Positions 18,101 through 26,859 of a DNA stretch of 53,047 nucleotides are shown here, piece by piece. The first letter of the stretch is position 1; every line of letters starts with the position of its first letter. The position numbers and the translations under genes were made by a program. Location of the stretch: NCBI GenBank assembly GCA_038208905.1, contig JBBQYG010000007.1, positions 1 to 53,047 on the forward strand, given 5' to 3'. The notes below the pieces were generated by a model. That model saw nothing but the letters and a program-made list of their open reading frames with translations, was not told the DNA's origin and did no database searches. The stretch is from Candidatus Sumerlaeia bacterium. Lineage in GTDB: Bacteria > Sumerlaeota > Sumerlaeia > SLMS01.

Positions 18101-18296
18101 GCTCGGTGATCTGTGAATCGATTACATCCGGCGATGCGCCCGAGTAACTGGTGCTGATCGTAACCACCGGCGGATCGACGGCGGGATACTCCCTCACGGG
18201 GAGGAGCATGAAGCCGACGCCTCCAAAGATCACCAGCATCGTCGATAGGACGATCGCCAGCACGGGCCTCCGGATACTGGTTCCTGGCAAGTCCAT
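15192..18296 (-). CDS. RND efflux permease (AcrB/HAE1 family)
   Basis: SIRRPV, PVREYP, GLVCDDAIVVLEN, KNGILIVEFA, RFRPILMT; 1034 aa. Confidence 0.96.
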   Translation of the reverse strand: MDLPGTSIRRPVLAIVLSTMLVIFGGVGFMLLPVREYPAVDPPVVTISTSYSGASPDVIDSQITEPLEGVINGISGIRTISSTSREGGSSIRVEFTLDTDLEAAANDVRDKVSQAINRLPDDADPPSVEKADADSAPIIFMTLQSDKRSILEVSKIADTVVKERVQTIPGVSSVRIWGEKRLAMRLWMDPAKMVAHDVTPQDVQAALTSQNVDLPSGRIEGNTVELSVRTEGKLTTPGEFNGLIIREQNGRKIRFDDVGYAELGPEDIYRSLKKDMLPMVGIAVIPQPNTNAIAIADEFYKRFESIRKELPPDFTMEIGYDFTKFVRQSISEVQETLLIAFLLVALIIYLFLRDWRSTIIPILAIPVSIISAFFVMYVAGYSINVLTLVGIVLAIGLVCDDAIVVLENIYSKIEQGMAPLEAAIKGSKEIYFAVISTTLTLAMVFMPIVFLQGLTGRLFREFGVTIVAAVIASSFVALTLSPMMCRFVLKRGAKHSKFHRLTEPFYVWMTGVYRWFLVGFIRLRWLVAPIIAGVVTMIVVIGARVPSELAPLEDRSNIRVNVRAPEGVGFEYTSFYLDQVATWVSDNIPEISGTFSLMGVGGNNSSNTGTQNIYLKDPKDRERSQEQIFQQISAGLGSFHALRIFPSQPPTIGDRRGGQPLQYVLQAPSMAHMIEVLPKFMEEASKSPVLRFVDADLKINRPQMTVEIERDRAAEQDVSIAEIARVLQLSYSGTRLGYFINDGKQYQIIGQVNRADRDDPGDLRRLHVRSRGGKLVSLDGLVTYRENASPAAIYRFDRYVSATISGSLAEGFTLGDGINALDEVAERLLPENFSTSLSGQSRDFADSSSSLLFAFLMALVLIYLVLAAQFESFIDPLIILFTVPLSVAGALLSLWVFGMTLNVFSQIGIIMLVGLVTKNGILIVEFANHRKEDGLPKIEAVIDAAVARFRPILMTSLSTILGILPIALSIGGSTGSRQSLGIAVVGGLIFSGFLTLFIVPAVYCFLSSAKRRSSEEPLSITEDSGTNPLELAKV

Positions 18297-18326
18297 CGTC
18301 GCTTCCTCCGGGCGCCGCTTTGTTCC

Positions 18327-19385
18327 CTACTTCACGTTCTGCAGTTCCACGGCGACGCCGGGTCGCATGCGAAGCAGGTTGGTCACGAGAACCGTCTCGC
18401 CTTCGGCAAGTCCTCGCAGCACCTGGACATTGTCGGGCGAGCGAATTCCCACCTCGATCTCGCGTAACGTCGCCTTGCCATCGGTCACGACATAGGTGCT
18501 CTGGCCGCGAAGCGATGGAACAACGGCCTCTGCCGGAATCATCACGCCACCGCTGACCTCGTTGAACTGAAACGTGATGCTTGCAAAGGCCCCCGGGCGG
18601 AGCGTCCGGTCCCGGTTGTCAACCCGCCCCTGCACGATCAGACTCCTCGTCTGTTCGTCGATGGCAGGCTCGATCACGAAGACTTCGCCCTCGCGGTCCG
18701 TATTGAGGCTGGCCACTCGAAACGTGAATTTCTGCCCGATCGAGAGGCTCGACGCGTAGCGCTCCGGAAGCGTGAAGTTCACCTCGATCACGTTGATCGA
18801 CTGGAGCGTTGTCAGCAGGGTGCTGCTCTCGACCCACGCTCCCTCGCTTACGAACCGGCGCCCGGTCACCCCGTCGAAAGGCGCGCGGATCTCCGTCTTG
18901 TCCAGGTTGACTTTCAGAACCCCAATCTCCGCGTCGATCAGGTCCAGATCGCTCTTCGCCCTGTCGTATTCCTGCTGGCTGATTGCGGTCTGTGCCAGCA
19001 GATCCTGATAGCGCTGCTCAGTCGTCTTCGCGAGGCGGCGGCGCACCTGCACTTGCTCCAACTGGGCCACGATGTCGCGGTCGTCCAGCTTGAACATCAG
19101 ATCGCCCTTCTTCACCTCGGCACCCTCGGCAATTTCGATGCGGACGAGGCGACGGCTGATCTCGCTGACGATGCGGACACTTTCCTCCGCCGCGAGCGAG
19201 CCGTTGGTTGGAACAGTTTCGGGAATGGTCGAGGCTTTCGCCACGTAGCCATCGGCAAGGATCGGCTTGTCAGCCGCACCGCCGCCCGGTGGCGGGCCAC
19301 CTTGGCCCGTGGCCGGAGCAGAGATCCCCAAGATGCCTGCGGCCAGGATTCCCCCCGCCAGAAGGATCGGAATCTTGCAGTGCAT
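18327..19385 (-). CDS. RND periplasmic adaptor (MFP) subunit
   Basis: EGAEVKKGDLMFKLD, IRAPFDG, LRPGAF, GLAEGETV; adjacent to the RND permease. Confidence 0.94.
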   Translation of the reverse strand: MHCKIPILLAGGILAAGILGISAPATGQGGPPPGGGAADKPILADGYVAKASTIPETVPTNGSLAAEESVRIVSEISRRLVRIEIAEGAEVKKGDLMFKLDDRDIVAQLEQVQVRRRLAKTTEQRYQDLLAQTAISQQEYDRAKSDLDLIDAEIGVLKVNLDKTEIRAPFDGVTGRRFVSEGAWVESSTLLTTLQSINVIEVNFTLPERYASSLSIGQKFTFRVASLNTDREGEVFVIEPAIDEQTRSLIVQGRVDNRDRTLRPGAFASITFQFNEVSGGVMIPAEAVVPSLRGQSTYVVTDGKATLREIEVGIRSPDNVQVLRGLAEGETVLVTNLLRMRPGVAVELQNVK

Positions 19386-19486
19386 TGGCTGCCTCCAAAT
19401 GTAATGTCAAAGAACCACTGTCGCCGGTCACTCGCCGTGCCCTATAACCCTGATTCAGCAAGTCCGTGGCCAGTTGCGGAGGTGGC

Positions 19487-20248
19487 CTAACCCCTTACGG
19501 GGGAGGCCTCCGGGGTGGCGCCGAGTTCCAGCCCCAGAACCGCCTTCTGAATCGCGGCGATCTCGCCGGAACCCTTTTTCGCCAAACGGAGCATCGCCTG
19601 AAACTGTTCCTCTGTAAAAGGATCCTTCTCGGCGGTGCCCTGGATTTCGACCATCCTGCCCTTCCCAGTCATCACCACGTTCATGTCGGTTTCCGCACAG
19701 GAATCCTCGATGTAGTTCAGGTCCAGAACCGGCAGGCCCTCGACGATGCCTACGCTGACCGCCGCCATGTAGTCCTTCAGGATCACCGCCCCCTGGCCGA
19801 TCTGCTTCTCCTCGCGGAGGCGCTCGATCGCCAGCGCCAGCGCCACAAAGGCACCCGTGATGGAAGCCGTGCGCGTGCCGCCGTCGGATTCCACCACGTC
19901 GCAGTCGATCATGATGGTGCGCTCGCCAAATGCCTTCAGGTTCACGATCGCGCGGAGCGACCGCCCGATGAGGCGCTGGATCTCGATGCCGCGGCTGTTG
20001 GGGCCGCTGCGCGAACCGTCGCGCTGGATGCGCTGCTTGGCGCTGCGGGGGAGCATCGAATACTCCGCCGTCACCCACCCCTGTCCCGAACCGATCAGGT
20101 ATCCCGGCACGCGCTGCTCAACCGTCGCGGCACAGATGATTTTGTTCTTCCCCCACTCTACAAGGGCGCTGCCCTCGGCAAAGCGCAGGTAGTTCGGCGT
20201 GATGCGGATTTCGCGGAGCGCGTCGCGCTCGCGGCCATCTACTCTCAT
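19487..20248 (-). CDS. rph: Ribonuclease PH
   Basis: MRVDGR..LREIRIT, GWVTAEYSMLPR, EIQRLIGRSLR, DGGTRTASITG, DMNVVM, EIQGTAE. True start is ATG 20248. Confidence 0.97.
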   Translation of the reverse strand: MRVDGRERDALREIRITPNYLRFAEGSALVEWGKNKIICAATVEQRVPGYLIGSGQGWVTAEYSMLPRSAKQRIQRDGSRSGPNSRGIEIQRLIGRSLRAIVNLKAFGERTIMIDCDVVESDGGTRTASITGAFVALALAIERLREEKQIGQGAVILKDYMAAVSVGIVEGLPVLDLNYIEDSCAETDMNVVMTGKGRMVEIQGTAEKDPFTEEQFQAMLRLAKKGSGEIAAIQKAVLGLELGATPEASPVRG

Positions 20249-20274
20249 CTGGGTTCTCCCCGGGTCGTGATTGC

Positions 20275-23043
20275 CTACAGCAGCTTCGCCGAATTGATGC
20301 GGTCGATCTTGTACACCGCGAAGGCGTTGTCGCGCGAACGGCAACGTCCCAGCAGGCGGAGGCGTTCGACGCTTTCCGGCGTCACCACCTCGCGAACTTC
20401 CTCGCGGTTGCTCTTCACGTACTCGATCTCCACATCGAACTCGTTCTCGATTGCGAACTTGAGCAACCGCTCGATGTCGTCGATCTCCTCGGCGGGATTG
20501 GGCCCGTCGAAGCTGTGGCGTGAGAGGCCGCGCGGCACGGACGCGGAGACGAAACTCTTGAGCTGGGCCTGGTACTTCTCCTCCACCGCCTGCACTTGCG
20601 CCTCCACGGCCGAGTCCGAGGCTCGGAGCCACATGCGCAGCAGCGGCTCCGCCAGGTCGTTTAGCGCCATGAACGTGCGGGTGTCGGGCTTGAGTCGCTC
20701 CAGCAATGGCGCGAGACGCTCCTCCGCCGCGGGGACGCCGCGCGCGTCCTTGCACTCCAGCGCATAGCGCACCGCCGCGATCAGCGTGTACATGTCCTCG
20801 CGCGACAGCGAGAGGTGGAACAGGTCGTCGTCCTTCACGTGGACGTGCTCGCTGGCCAGGCGCGGCATGAAGCCGATCTTCTGGAGCTCGCGCGCCAGCC
20901 GCTTCACATCCACGTCGCTGTTCAGAAGCACCAGCCGGTTGTCCACGATGTCCTTGATGTGGGGGCTGATTTTCTTGTTGATGCGGATCTGCTCCAGCAG
21001 CGGAGCATCGTCGATAACGATGTAGCCACCGGCGAAACCCATGTTTACTTCGCCGTGCTTCTCGGAGCACTCCTTGACGAGCTGAACCATCGAGTTCGGC
21101 ACCGGCGTCCGCGATCCGCGGCGCAGGAATTCCAGCATCTCCTCGCCGCGCAGGCCCGCATCCAGTCCCTCGCGGACGCTTTCCTTCGTGATCGCAAGGA
21201 TCGCCATCACGTCCATCGTCTTGATGGAGGCCATCTCGTTCAGGTGATAGAACGTCTTCAGCTTCAGGTCCGGCGGAACAATCACGTCGTGCGTCGGCTG
21301 GACGATGAAGTGCGACTCGTCGTAGCGGATCGGCATCACCAGGTTTTCGTCCGTCGTGCGGAAGACCTCTGTCCAGTGTTCGGGATGATGCTCGAAGACG
21401 TATCGACCCAAGTCCGTGAATCGGAAGGTGAACTCGAAGTCCTGCTGCTTGCGTGGGCGTCCGCGACCCGCACCGCGGGCCTTGGCCGTCTTGCCGTCGC
21501 CGAGCCTCATGCCGATCAGGTCGGCGTCCTTGTCGCTCTTGAGCCCGATCGCCAGCATCCCCAGCCAATGCATGCACTCCGCCACGATCGACTCGATCAC
21601 GAGTTCGTTGCTGCGCGTATGCTTGTCATAAGCGATCGGCTCCCCGCGCGCAGGAATTTCCTGCTCGATCACTGGCAGCGCCTGCTCGAGAAAGCCGTCG
21701 AACACGCACCAGCGGTCCCGCGGCATGTCGTTCAGGATCTCCAGCGTCGTGCGGCGGAACGCCACGATGCTCGTCAGCCCCGTGGGCGGGGGCTCCATGT
21801 GCACTGTGTTGCCTTCGATGAACTCCTCGTTCCACTCGGCGGACTTCAGCCACCAACTCACAAGGTCCGCATAGGCCCTGGGCGCGTCTTCGATCCACTG
21901 CAGGAATCCGTTGGACACGCGATAGGTGTCGCCGGTCGCCACGAGGAAGCGTTTCTGGATGCAGAACAGCGAAAGGAACTCTGCGTACTTCAGCGTCTTG
22001 TGCCGGCTAAGCATTGGGAGAACCTTCTTCAGGTCGTTCTTCCCAATGCCCCCCGTCGCGAGTTCCTTCACCGGATAGCGATCCACGAAATTGCAGAACA
22101 CCACCAGGTCGCGGAGGATCGTCCCGCTGTTGTCGAGCACGACGCTCGGCGAGTCCTCCTTTTTTACGAGGGTGACGGAGTCCAATTCCTGGAACGTGCG
22201 GTCGTCCGCCTCGAAGTGGTTCGAGAGGATGTGCATCACATCGCGCGGAACCATCAGCAGGTTGTTGTACTTGTTGCCGCCCGGCACCGCCGTGAAAAGC
22301 AGACCGCCAGTCCCCAGCAGCCAGTTGATCGCGTCGCCGCGCGAGTGGTCGTAGCGCTTCTGGACGTTCAGCTCCAGCAGGTCGCGATAGACGCAGACGC
22401 CCTTCCGCTCCGCCATGATGTCCAGCACCTGCTGCGCGCCCGGGGGAAGCCTCTCCATGTACTTGCGGAGGAACTTCGGGTCCAGCAAGCTCGACCGGAT
22501 CAGGTGGATGAAGTAGTTCTTCGTGAACCCCTCCGGCTGCACGCGCAGGCCCTGCGTCGCGATCTGGCGGAGTTCCGCGACGCTACGCTCCTTGAGAAAA
22601 TTGCCGAGATAACCTTCCCAGAAAGAGGGGAGGTCGATATAGCGGAGGAACGGTTCCGGCAGGCCGGCCAGGACAAGCCCTCCCGGCACCTCCGGCACGC
22701 GGTCGAAGAAGACGATGCCGCGCAGCGACAGCGAGGCGACCACTTCCTCCATGCGGCGTGCGTTCCCGCCGAAGTAGCGGGCGGCGACTTCCGACTTCTC
22801 CACATCTCCGCCGTGGATTGCGAGGTACTGGACGAGGTTGTTCTCCTCGGGGGTGAGGCGCGCGATGGCCTTCTCCCAAAGGGAGCGATTCTGCATTCGC
22901 TGGTAAAGGTGCCCCATACAGACGGCGTGCCGCTCCGAATCGTTGGCGGCTCGTCCGTCGTCTGCGGGCGTGATCCCCCAGTGCTCCTCGATGGAGCGGA
23001 GGGTCTCGATGGGCTGCGTCTTGAGGATGCTCTTGAGCTTCAT
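20275..23043 (-). CDS. Helicase-associated (Helicase_C_3-type) protein with C-terminal WYL-like domain
   Basis: FIVQPTHDVIVPP..AITKESVREGLDAGLRGEEMLEFL..PVPNSM; C-terminal VEIEY..VVTP..GRC..YKIDRI. Its start overlaps the XPB stop (23040-23043). Confidence 0.85.
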   Translation of the reverse strand: MKLKSILKTQPIETLRSIEEHWGITPADDGRAANDSERHAVCMGHLYQRMQNRSLWEKAIARLTPEENNLVQYLAIHGGDVEKSEVAARYFGGNARRMEEVVASLSLRGIVFFDRVPEVPGGLVLAGLPEPFLRYIDLPSFWEGYLGNFLKERSVAELRQIATQGLRVQPEGFTKNYFIHLIRSSLLDPKFLRKYMERLPPGAQQVLDIMAERKGVCVYRDLLELNVQKRYDHSRGDAINWLLGTGGLLFTAVPGGNKYNNLLMVPRDVMHILSNHFEADDRTFQELDSVTLVKKEDSPSVVLDNSGTILRDLVVFCNFVDRYPVKELATGGIGKNDLKKVLPMLSRHKTLKYAEFLSLFCIQKRFLVATGDTYRVSNGFLQWIEDAPRAYADLVSWWLKSAEWNEEFIEGNTVHMEPPPTGLTSIVAFRRTTLEILNDMPRDRWCVFDGFLEQALPVIEQEIPARGEPIAYDKHTRSNELVIESIVAECMHWLGMLAIGLKSDKDADLIGMRLGDGKTAKARGAGRGRPRKQQDFEFTFRFTDLGRYVFEHHPEHWTEVFRTTDENLVMPIRYDESHFIVQPTHDVIVPPDLKLKTFYHLNEMASIKTMDVMAILAITKESVREGLDAGLRGEEMLEFLRRGSRTPVPNSMVQLVKECSEKHGEVNMGFAGGYIVIDDAPLLEQIRINKKISPHIKDIVDNRLVLLNSDVDVKRLARELQKIGFMPRLASEHVHVKDDDLFHLSLSREDMYTLIAAVRYALECKDARGVPAAEERLAPLLERLKPDTRTFMALNDLAEPLLRMWLRASDSAVEAQVQAVEEKYQAQLKSFVSASVPRGLSRHSFDGPNPAEEIDDIERLLKFAIENEFDVEIEYVKSNREEVREVVTPESVERLRLLGRCRSRDNAFAVYKIDRINSAKLL

Positions 23044-24872
23044 AGGGCCGTGACGTCCGGCGCTCCTTGTTGTTTCGTTCCATCATCCGGCGCGCCGACG
23101 ACCACGGGGTCATCGTCCTGCTCGGCCGCGAGGGCCTCGCGCAGCGCGCATATCTTCTCCCAATGCTCGCGGGCCGTTGCCTGTCCCGCGTCGTCCAGAT
23201 CCTGGAACTCGATGGAGTAGGCGTATCCCTGCTCCGTCAGGAAGCGTTGCCGCTTGTTGGCGAAATCCTGCTCGTTGGTGTCCTTGGTCGTCACCGAGTA
23301 GAAATGCGCCACGTTCTCGATCCCCTCTCCCTTTGGCCTCAGGACGCGGCCCAGCCTCTGGGCTTCCTCCTGACGGGAGCCAAACGTGCCGCTGACCTGG
23401 ATCGCCACGTTTGCGTCGGGAAGGTCGATAGCAAAATTCGCGACCTTCGAGACGATGATGATCTTGTATTCCTTGTTCTTGAATTTCCGGTAGATCTCCT
23501 CGCGCTCCTTGTTGGGCGTTTTTCCGGTGATGATCGGCGCGTTGAACTCCTCCGAAAGGAGCGCCAACTGCGAGAGGTACTGCCCGATCACGAGGATGTT
23601 CGCGTCCGGGTGCTTGCGGATCAGATTCTCCACCACTGCAATTTTTACTGGGTTTTCCGAGGACATGCGGAACTGCTCCCGCTGGTCGGCGGAAGCGTGA
23701 TCCATCCTCATGCAGTCGGGGAGCGGCACGCGGATCTCGATGCAATGGGCCTTCGCGATCCAGCCCTGCTCCTCCAGGTTTTTCCACGGCACGTCGAATT
23801 TCTTCGGCCCAATCAGCGAGAACACATCGTCTTCCAGCCCGTCCTCGCGGACCAGTGTCGCGGTCAAACCGAGACGCCGCCGCGCCTGAATATGCGCCAC
23901 GGTGCGAAAAACCGGCGCGGGGAGCATGTGGACTTCGTCATAGATGATCAGCCCCCAATTCTCCGCGTTGAAGATGTCCATGTGGGCAAATTCGTCTGTC
24001 TTCTTTTTGCGGAACGTCATGAGCTGGTAGGTCGTCACCGTCACCGGCTTCAACTCCTTCACCTCGCCGCTGTACTCGCCGATCTGGTCTGCGGTCAGAT
24101 TCGTCTTGTCCAGGATTTCGGACTTCCACTGGCGCAGCGCCGTGATGTTCGTCGTCAAGATGAGCGTACACTGCTGTACCAGCGCCATCGTGCCGATGCC
24201 GATCACCGTCTTGCCGGCGCCGCAGGGCAGGACGAGCACGCCACTGCCGCCGCTGGCTCCGCCCGCCGCGTAGAAAATCTCCGCCGCGTCCTGCTGATAG
24301 TGGCGCAGGCCAAAATCCCGCCCCGTCAGCGTCTTGTTCCGGAGCGTGATCGCCAGCGGGGCTCCGTCCGTATATCCGGCAAGATCCTCGACGGGATACT
24401 CGACCTTGATGAGCGCCTGCTTGAGCGCCCCGCGGTCGTCGTCCGCGATCACAAAACGAAGCGGATCGATCTGCTCCCTCAGAAAACCCTTCACCGTGCG
24501 GAAGCGCTGGATCTGCACCATCGTGGGTTTGTCCGGGCCCACAAGGATCAGGCGGCCGCCCTCCTTGATCAGCTTGAGCCGGCCATAGCGGCTCGCCTGC
24601 TCGCGGACCCGGATTTGGACGGTCTCTGGAACGGGGTACTTGGCGAAGCGCAGCAGCGCCTCGCAGACCTGATCCGCCGTCATCCCGCTGGATGCGGCGT
24701 TCCACAGGCTGAGGGGGGTGATGCGATAATGGTGGATGTAGTCGGGGCTCTTTTCCAGCTCCGCAAAGCGCGCCAAAGCATCGCGAGCCTCTACATAGAG
24801 GTCGTTTGTTGTCTCCAGAAGGACGGTCAGGTCCCCCTGTACAATCATGGGGTTCTTGGGGTTATAGTTCAT
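23040..24872 (-). CDS. XPB/Ssl2/Rad25-type DNA repair helicase
   Basis: PMIVQGDLTVLLE, ELEKSPDYIHHYRITPLSLWNA, VLPCGAGKT, DEVH, LGLTAT, GSRQEEAQRLGR, RQRFLTEQGY. Start trimmed to ATG 24872. Confidence 0.95.
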   Translation of the reverse strand: MNYNPKNPMIVQGDLTVLLETTNDLYVEARDALARFAELEKSPDYIHHYRITPLSLWNAASSGMTADQVCEALLRFAKYPVPETVQIRVREQASRYGRLKLIKEGGRLILVGPDKPTMVQIQRFRTVKGFLREQIDPLRFVIADDDRGALKQALIKVEYPVEDLAGYTDGAPLAITLRNKTLTGRDFGLRHYQQDAAEIFYAAGGASGGSGVLVLPCGAGKTVIGIGTMALVQQCTLILTTNITALRQWKSEILDKTNLTADQIGEYSGEVKELKPVTVTTYQLMTFRKKKTDEFAHMDIFNAENWGLIIYDEVHMLPAPVFRTVAHIQARRRLGLTATLVREDGLEDDVFSLIGPKKFDVPWKNLEEQGWIAKAHCIEIRVPLPDCMRMDHASADQREQFRMSSENPVKIAVVENLIRKHPDANILVIGQYLSQLALLSEEFNAPIITGKTPNKEREEIYRKFKNKEYKIIIVSKVANFAIDLPDANVAIQVSGTFGSRQEEAQRLGRVLRPKGEGIENVAHFYSVTTKDTNEQDFANKRQRFLTEQGYAYSIEFQDLDDAGQATAREHWEKICALREALAAEQDDDPVVVGAPDDGTKQQGAPDVTAL

Positions 24873-25276
24873 CAAGGCTGCTTTTTTCTCAAATCCCGGG
24901 GCGTCTCGGCCCCGTACCTCCGTCGTTTTCTGGCGCGTGGGACGAGTCTTTCTCCCACGCCAAACCCCCCTCTTCAACCAGAGTCGGTCCAATGACTCAA
25001 GTGCAAACCCCCCGCCAGAAAGGTTCAAGGGCCACAATTTGGAGCGAATCGGGTAAATCCCCTTTATCAACTCCCCCCGGCCACCTTTCCCCACCGCGAA
25101 GTGAAACCCAGTTTCCACAAACACCGATGCGCATTCAAGTAGAAACGGGCTTCCGGTCGCGGGTTTGTTCTGGCGGGTCGATTGGATGGAATCCTGTGGG
25201 GGCGGTATGCGACCTATGGGACGTAAAGGGCATCCGAGCTCCCGCCCGGGTCGCCCTTGGCAGTGCCCACCGCTGT

Positions 25277-25312
25277 TCCCGCCTTTCCCCACCGTTTCCC
25301 GCCCTTACCCTC
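25277..25312. promoter_or_regulatory. Four 10-bp-phased C-rich hexamers in the divergent intergenic region
   Basis: TCCCGC (25277), CCCCAC (25287), TCCCGC (25297), ACCCTC (25307); a TACAAT -10-like box follows at 25343-25348. Confidence 0.35.
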
Positions 25313-25386
25313 CATCTTGGCATTGCCTGTCACCCTGCATTGTACAATCATCCACCCGCAACATCGCGTGAAAGGGCCAAACCAGC

Positions 25387-26403
25387 GTGGATTTCAGCGG
25401 GCTGTCGGCTGATACTGCACATCGCTTCCGCGCCGTCGCGGAGGCATTGCACTCCTTCGCGGAGGATTTCCCCGCGGAACCCCGCGTTCTGGACGTGGGG
25501 GGCTATCCGGGCACCTTTGCCCGCCACTTCAAGGCCTCCTACCCCCGCTGGAAGGTGACCACGCTGGACCGGCCCGAGGACAACCTCCCAGACTACGTCC
25601 ACGGAACCGGCGCGAAGATCGACTTTGCGGACAAAAGTTTCGACGCCGTTACGAGCATCGACACCTTGGAGCACATCCCGCCCGCCGAGCGCGCCGCGTT
25701 CCTTTCCGAGCTTTGCCGCGTCTCCAAGTCCGTCGTCATCGTGGCGGCCCCCTTTCACCATCCCGCCACCGCGGACGTGGAACGGCTTCTCGACGGGCTT
25801 CACCGCAAGATCTTCAACATCCCCCACCCGTGGCTTCACGAGCACGTCGAGCACGGACTCCCCGACATCCACAAGATCCTCGCCATGCTCCCCAAGGGCT
25901 ACGCGGTGGAGGACCTTCAGGCGAGCTACGACCTCCAGTCGTGGCTGGTGTGGCAGGCGCTCTCGCTCTATCGCAAGCTGGAGGGCGAGATCGACAACGC
26001 TTGGCTGGGCTTTGACAAGGTATTCGCCACGGCGCCCACGCCCGAGATCACGTCGGTCCCTTACCGCTATCTGATCGTCGCACGCCGCGGCGGGCGGGCA
26101 CTCAACCTGAGTGGCGGCTTCACCCCAGAGCCCGACGCGGGTCAGGAATCTGTCGAGCTGGCGCGGCTATTCTGCCGCATGATGGAAGTGCTCTCCGGCA
26201 AGGTGGGAGGGGAAGTGACGGCCGTTCTTCCGACTCGACTTGTTGATGAACGGCTCAAGGAAGCACTGAAGGCCGCCGAATCCGAGATTCTGCGCCTCAA
26301 GGCGAGGCTGGACCCACATCCCCCCGTCGCAAGCGCCGCGCCGGAGCGCGAATCCACTGGGTCCTTTCCCCAGCGCATCCTTCGCCGGTTTGGAAAGCAG
26401 TAA
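25387..26403 (+). CDS. Class I SAM-dependent methyltransferase
   Basis: VLDVGGYPG, FADKSFDAVTSIDTLEHIP; C-terminal coiled segment as seen in glycan-associated methyltransferases. Confidence 0.88.
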   Translation: MDFSGLSADTAHRFRAVAEALHSFAEDFPAEPRVLDVGGYPGTFARHFKASYPRWKVTTLDRPEDNLPDYVHGTGAKIDFADKSFDAVTSIDTLEHIPPAERAAFLSELCRVSKSVVIVAAPFHHPATADVERLLDGLHRKIFNIPHPWLHEHVEHGLPDIHKILAMLPKGYAVEDLQASYDLQSWLVWQALSLYRKLEGEIDNAWLGFDKVFATAPTPEITSVPYRYLIVARRGGRALNLSGGFTPEPDAGQESVELARLFCRMMEVLSGKVGGEVTAVLPTRLVDERLKEALKAAESEILRLKARLDPHPPVASAAPERESTGSFPQRILRRFGKQ

Positions 26404-26825
26404 TGCCCACCCCACCCCGTCACGGGTTCATCGTCGTCGGGCGGCAGGGGGAGGAACAGCTCCTCAAGGGCTGGCACGAGCGCGAGCGCGATGGCCGCCA
26501 CGGCATTGCCTACCGCTCCTCCACCGAAGACGGACTTCTGGTGCTCCGTCGCCATCCCGAGGCCACCCGCCTCAACCTCATCCTTTCCGGCCCCGTCCCG
26601 CTCCACGGCGGCGTCATGCGCGGCTACCTGATCGTCAACCGCCAGAAGCACGAACTCCCCCTCGCCGTGGACACCTGGGTCCTGCGTTCCTACCCCAACC
26701 CCACCGAGGGCGACGACATCCAGGTCCGCCTCTACCTCAAGGATCCCATCGTCCCCGACAACGTCCTCCACAACGGCGACGCGAGGCGGCTGGGATGGTA
26801 TTTGAGCGCGATCTGGCAGGATTGA
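26403..26825 (+). CDS. Hypothetical beta-rich protein
   Basis: TAATG coupling to the methyltransferase; strongly host-like codon use; GWHERE..IAYR and NGDARRLG motifs. Confidence 0.75.
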   Translation: MPTPPRHGFIVVGRQGEEQLLKGWHERERDGRHGIAYRSSTEDGLLVLRRHPEATRLNLILSGPVPLHGGVMRGYLIVNRQKHELPLAVDTWVLRSYPNPTEGDDIQVRLYLKDPIVPDNVLHNGDARRLGWYLSAIWQD

Positions 26826-26859
26826 GGCATCATTTTCCCCGCTTGGAGCCGCTAACCGA

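Noticed and set aside
20249-21577. Apparent 696-aa RNase PH fusion
   Set aside because: The extension is an alternative frame over the helicase-associated gene; rph starts at 20248.
24873-25292. 140-aa N-terminal extension of XPB
   Set aside because: Composition looks non-coding, and XPB homology begins at MNYNPKNPMIVQ.
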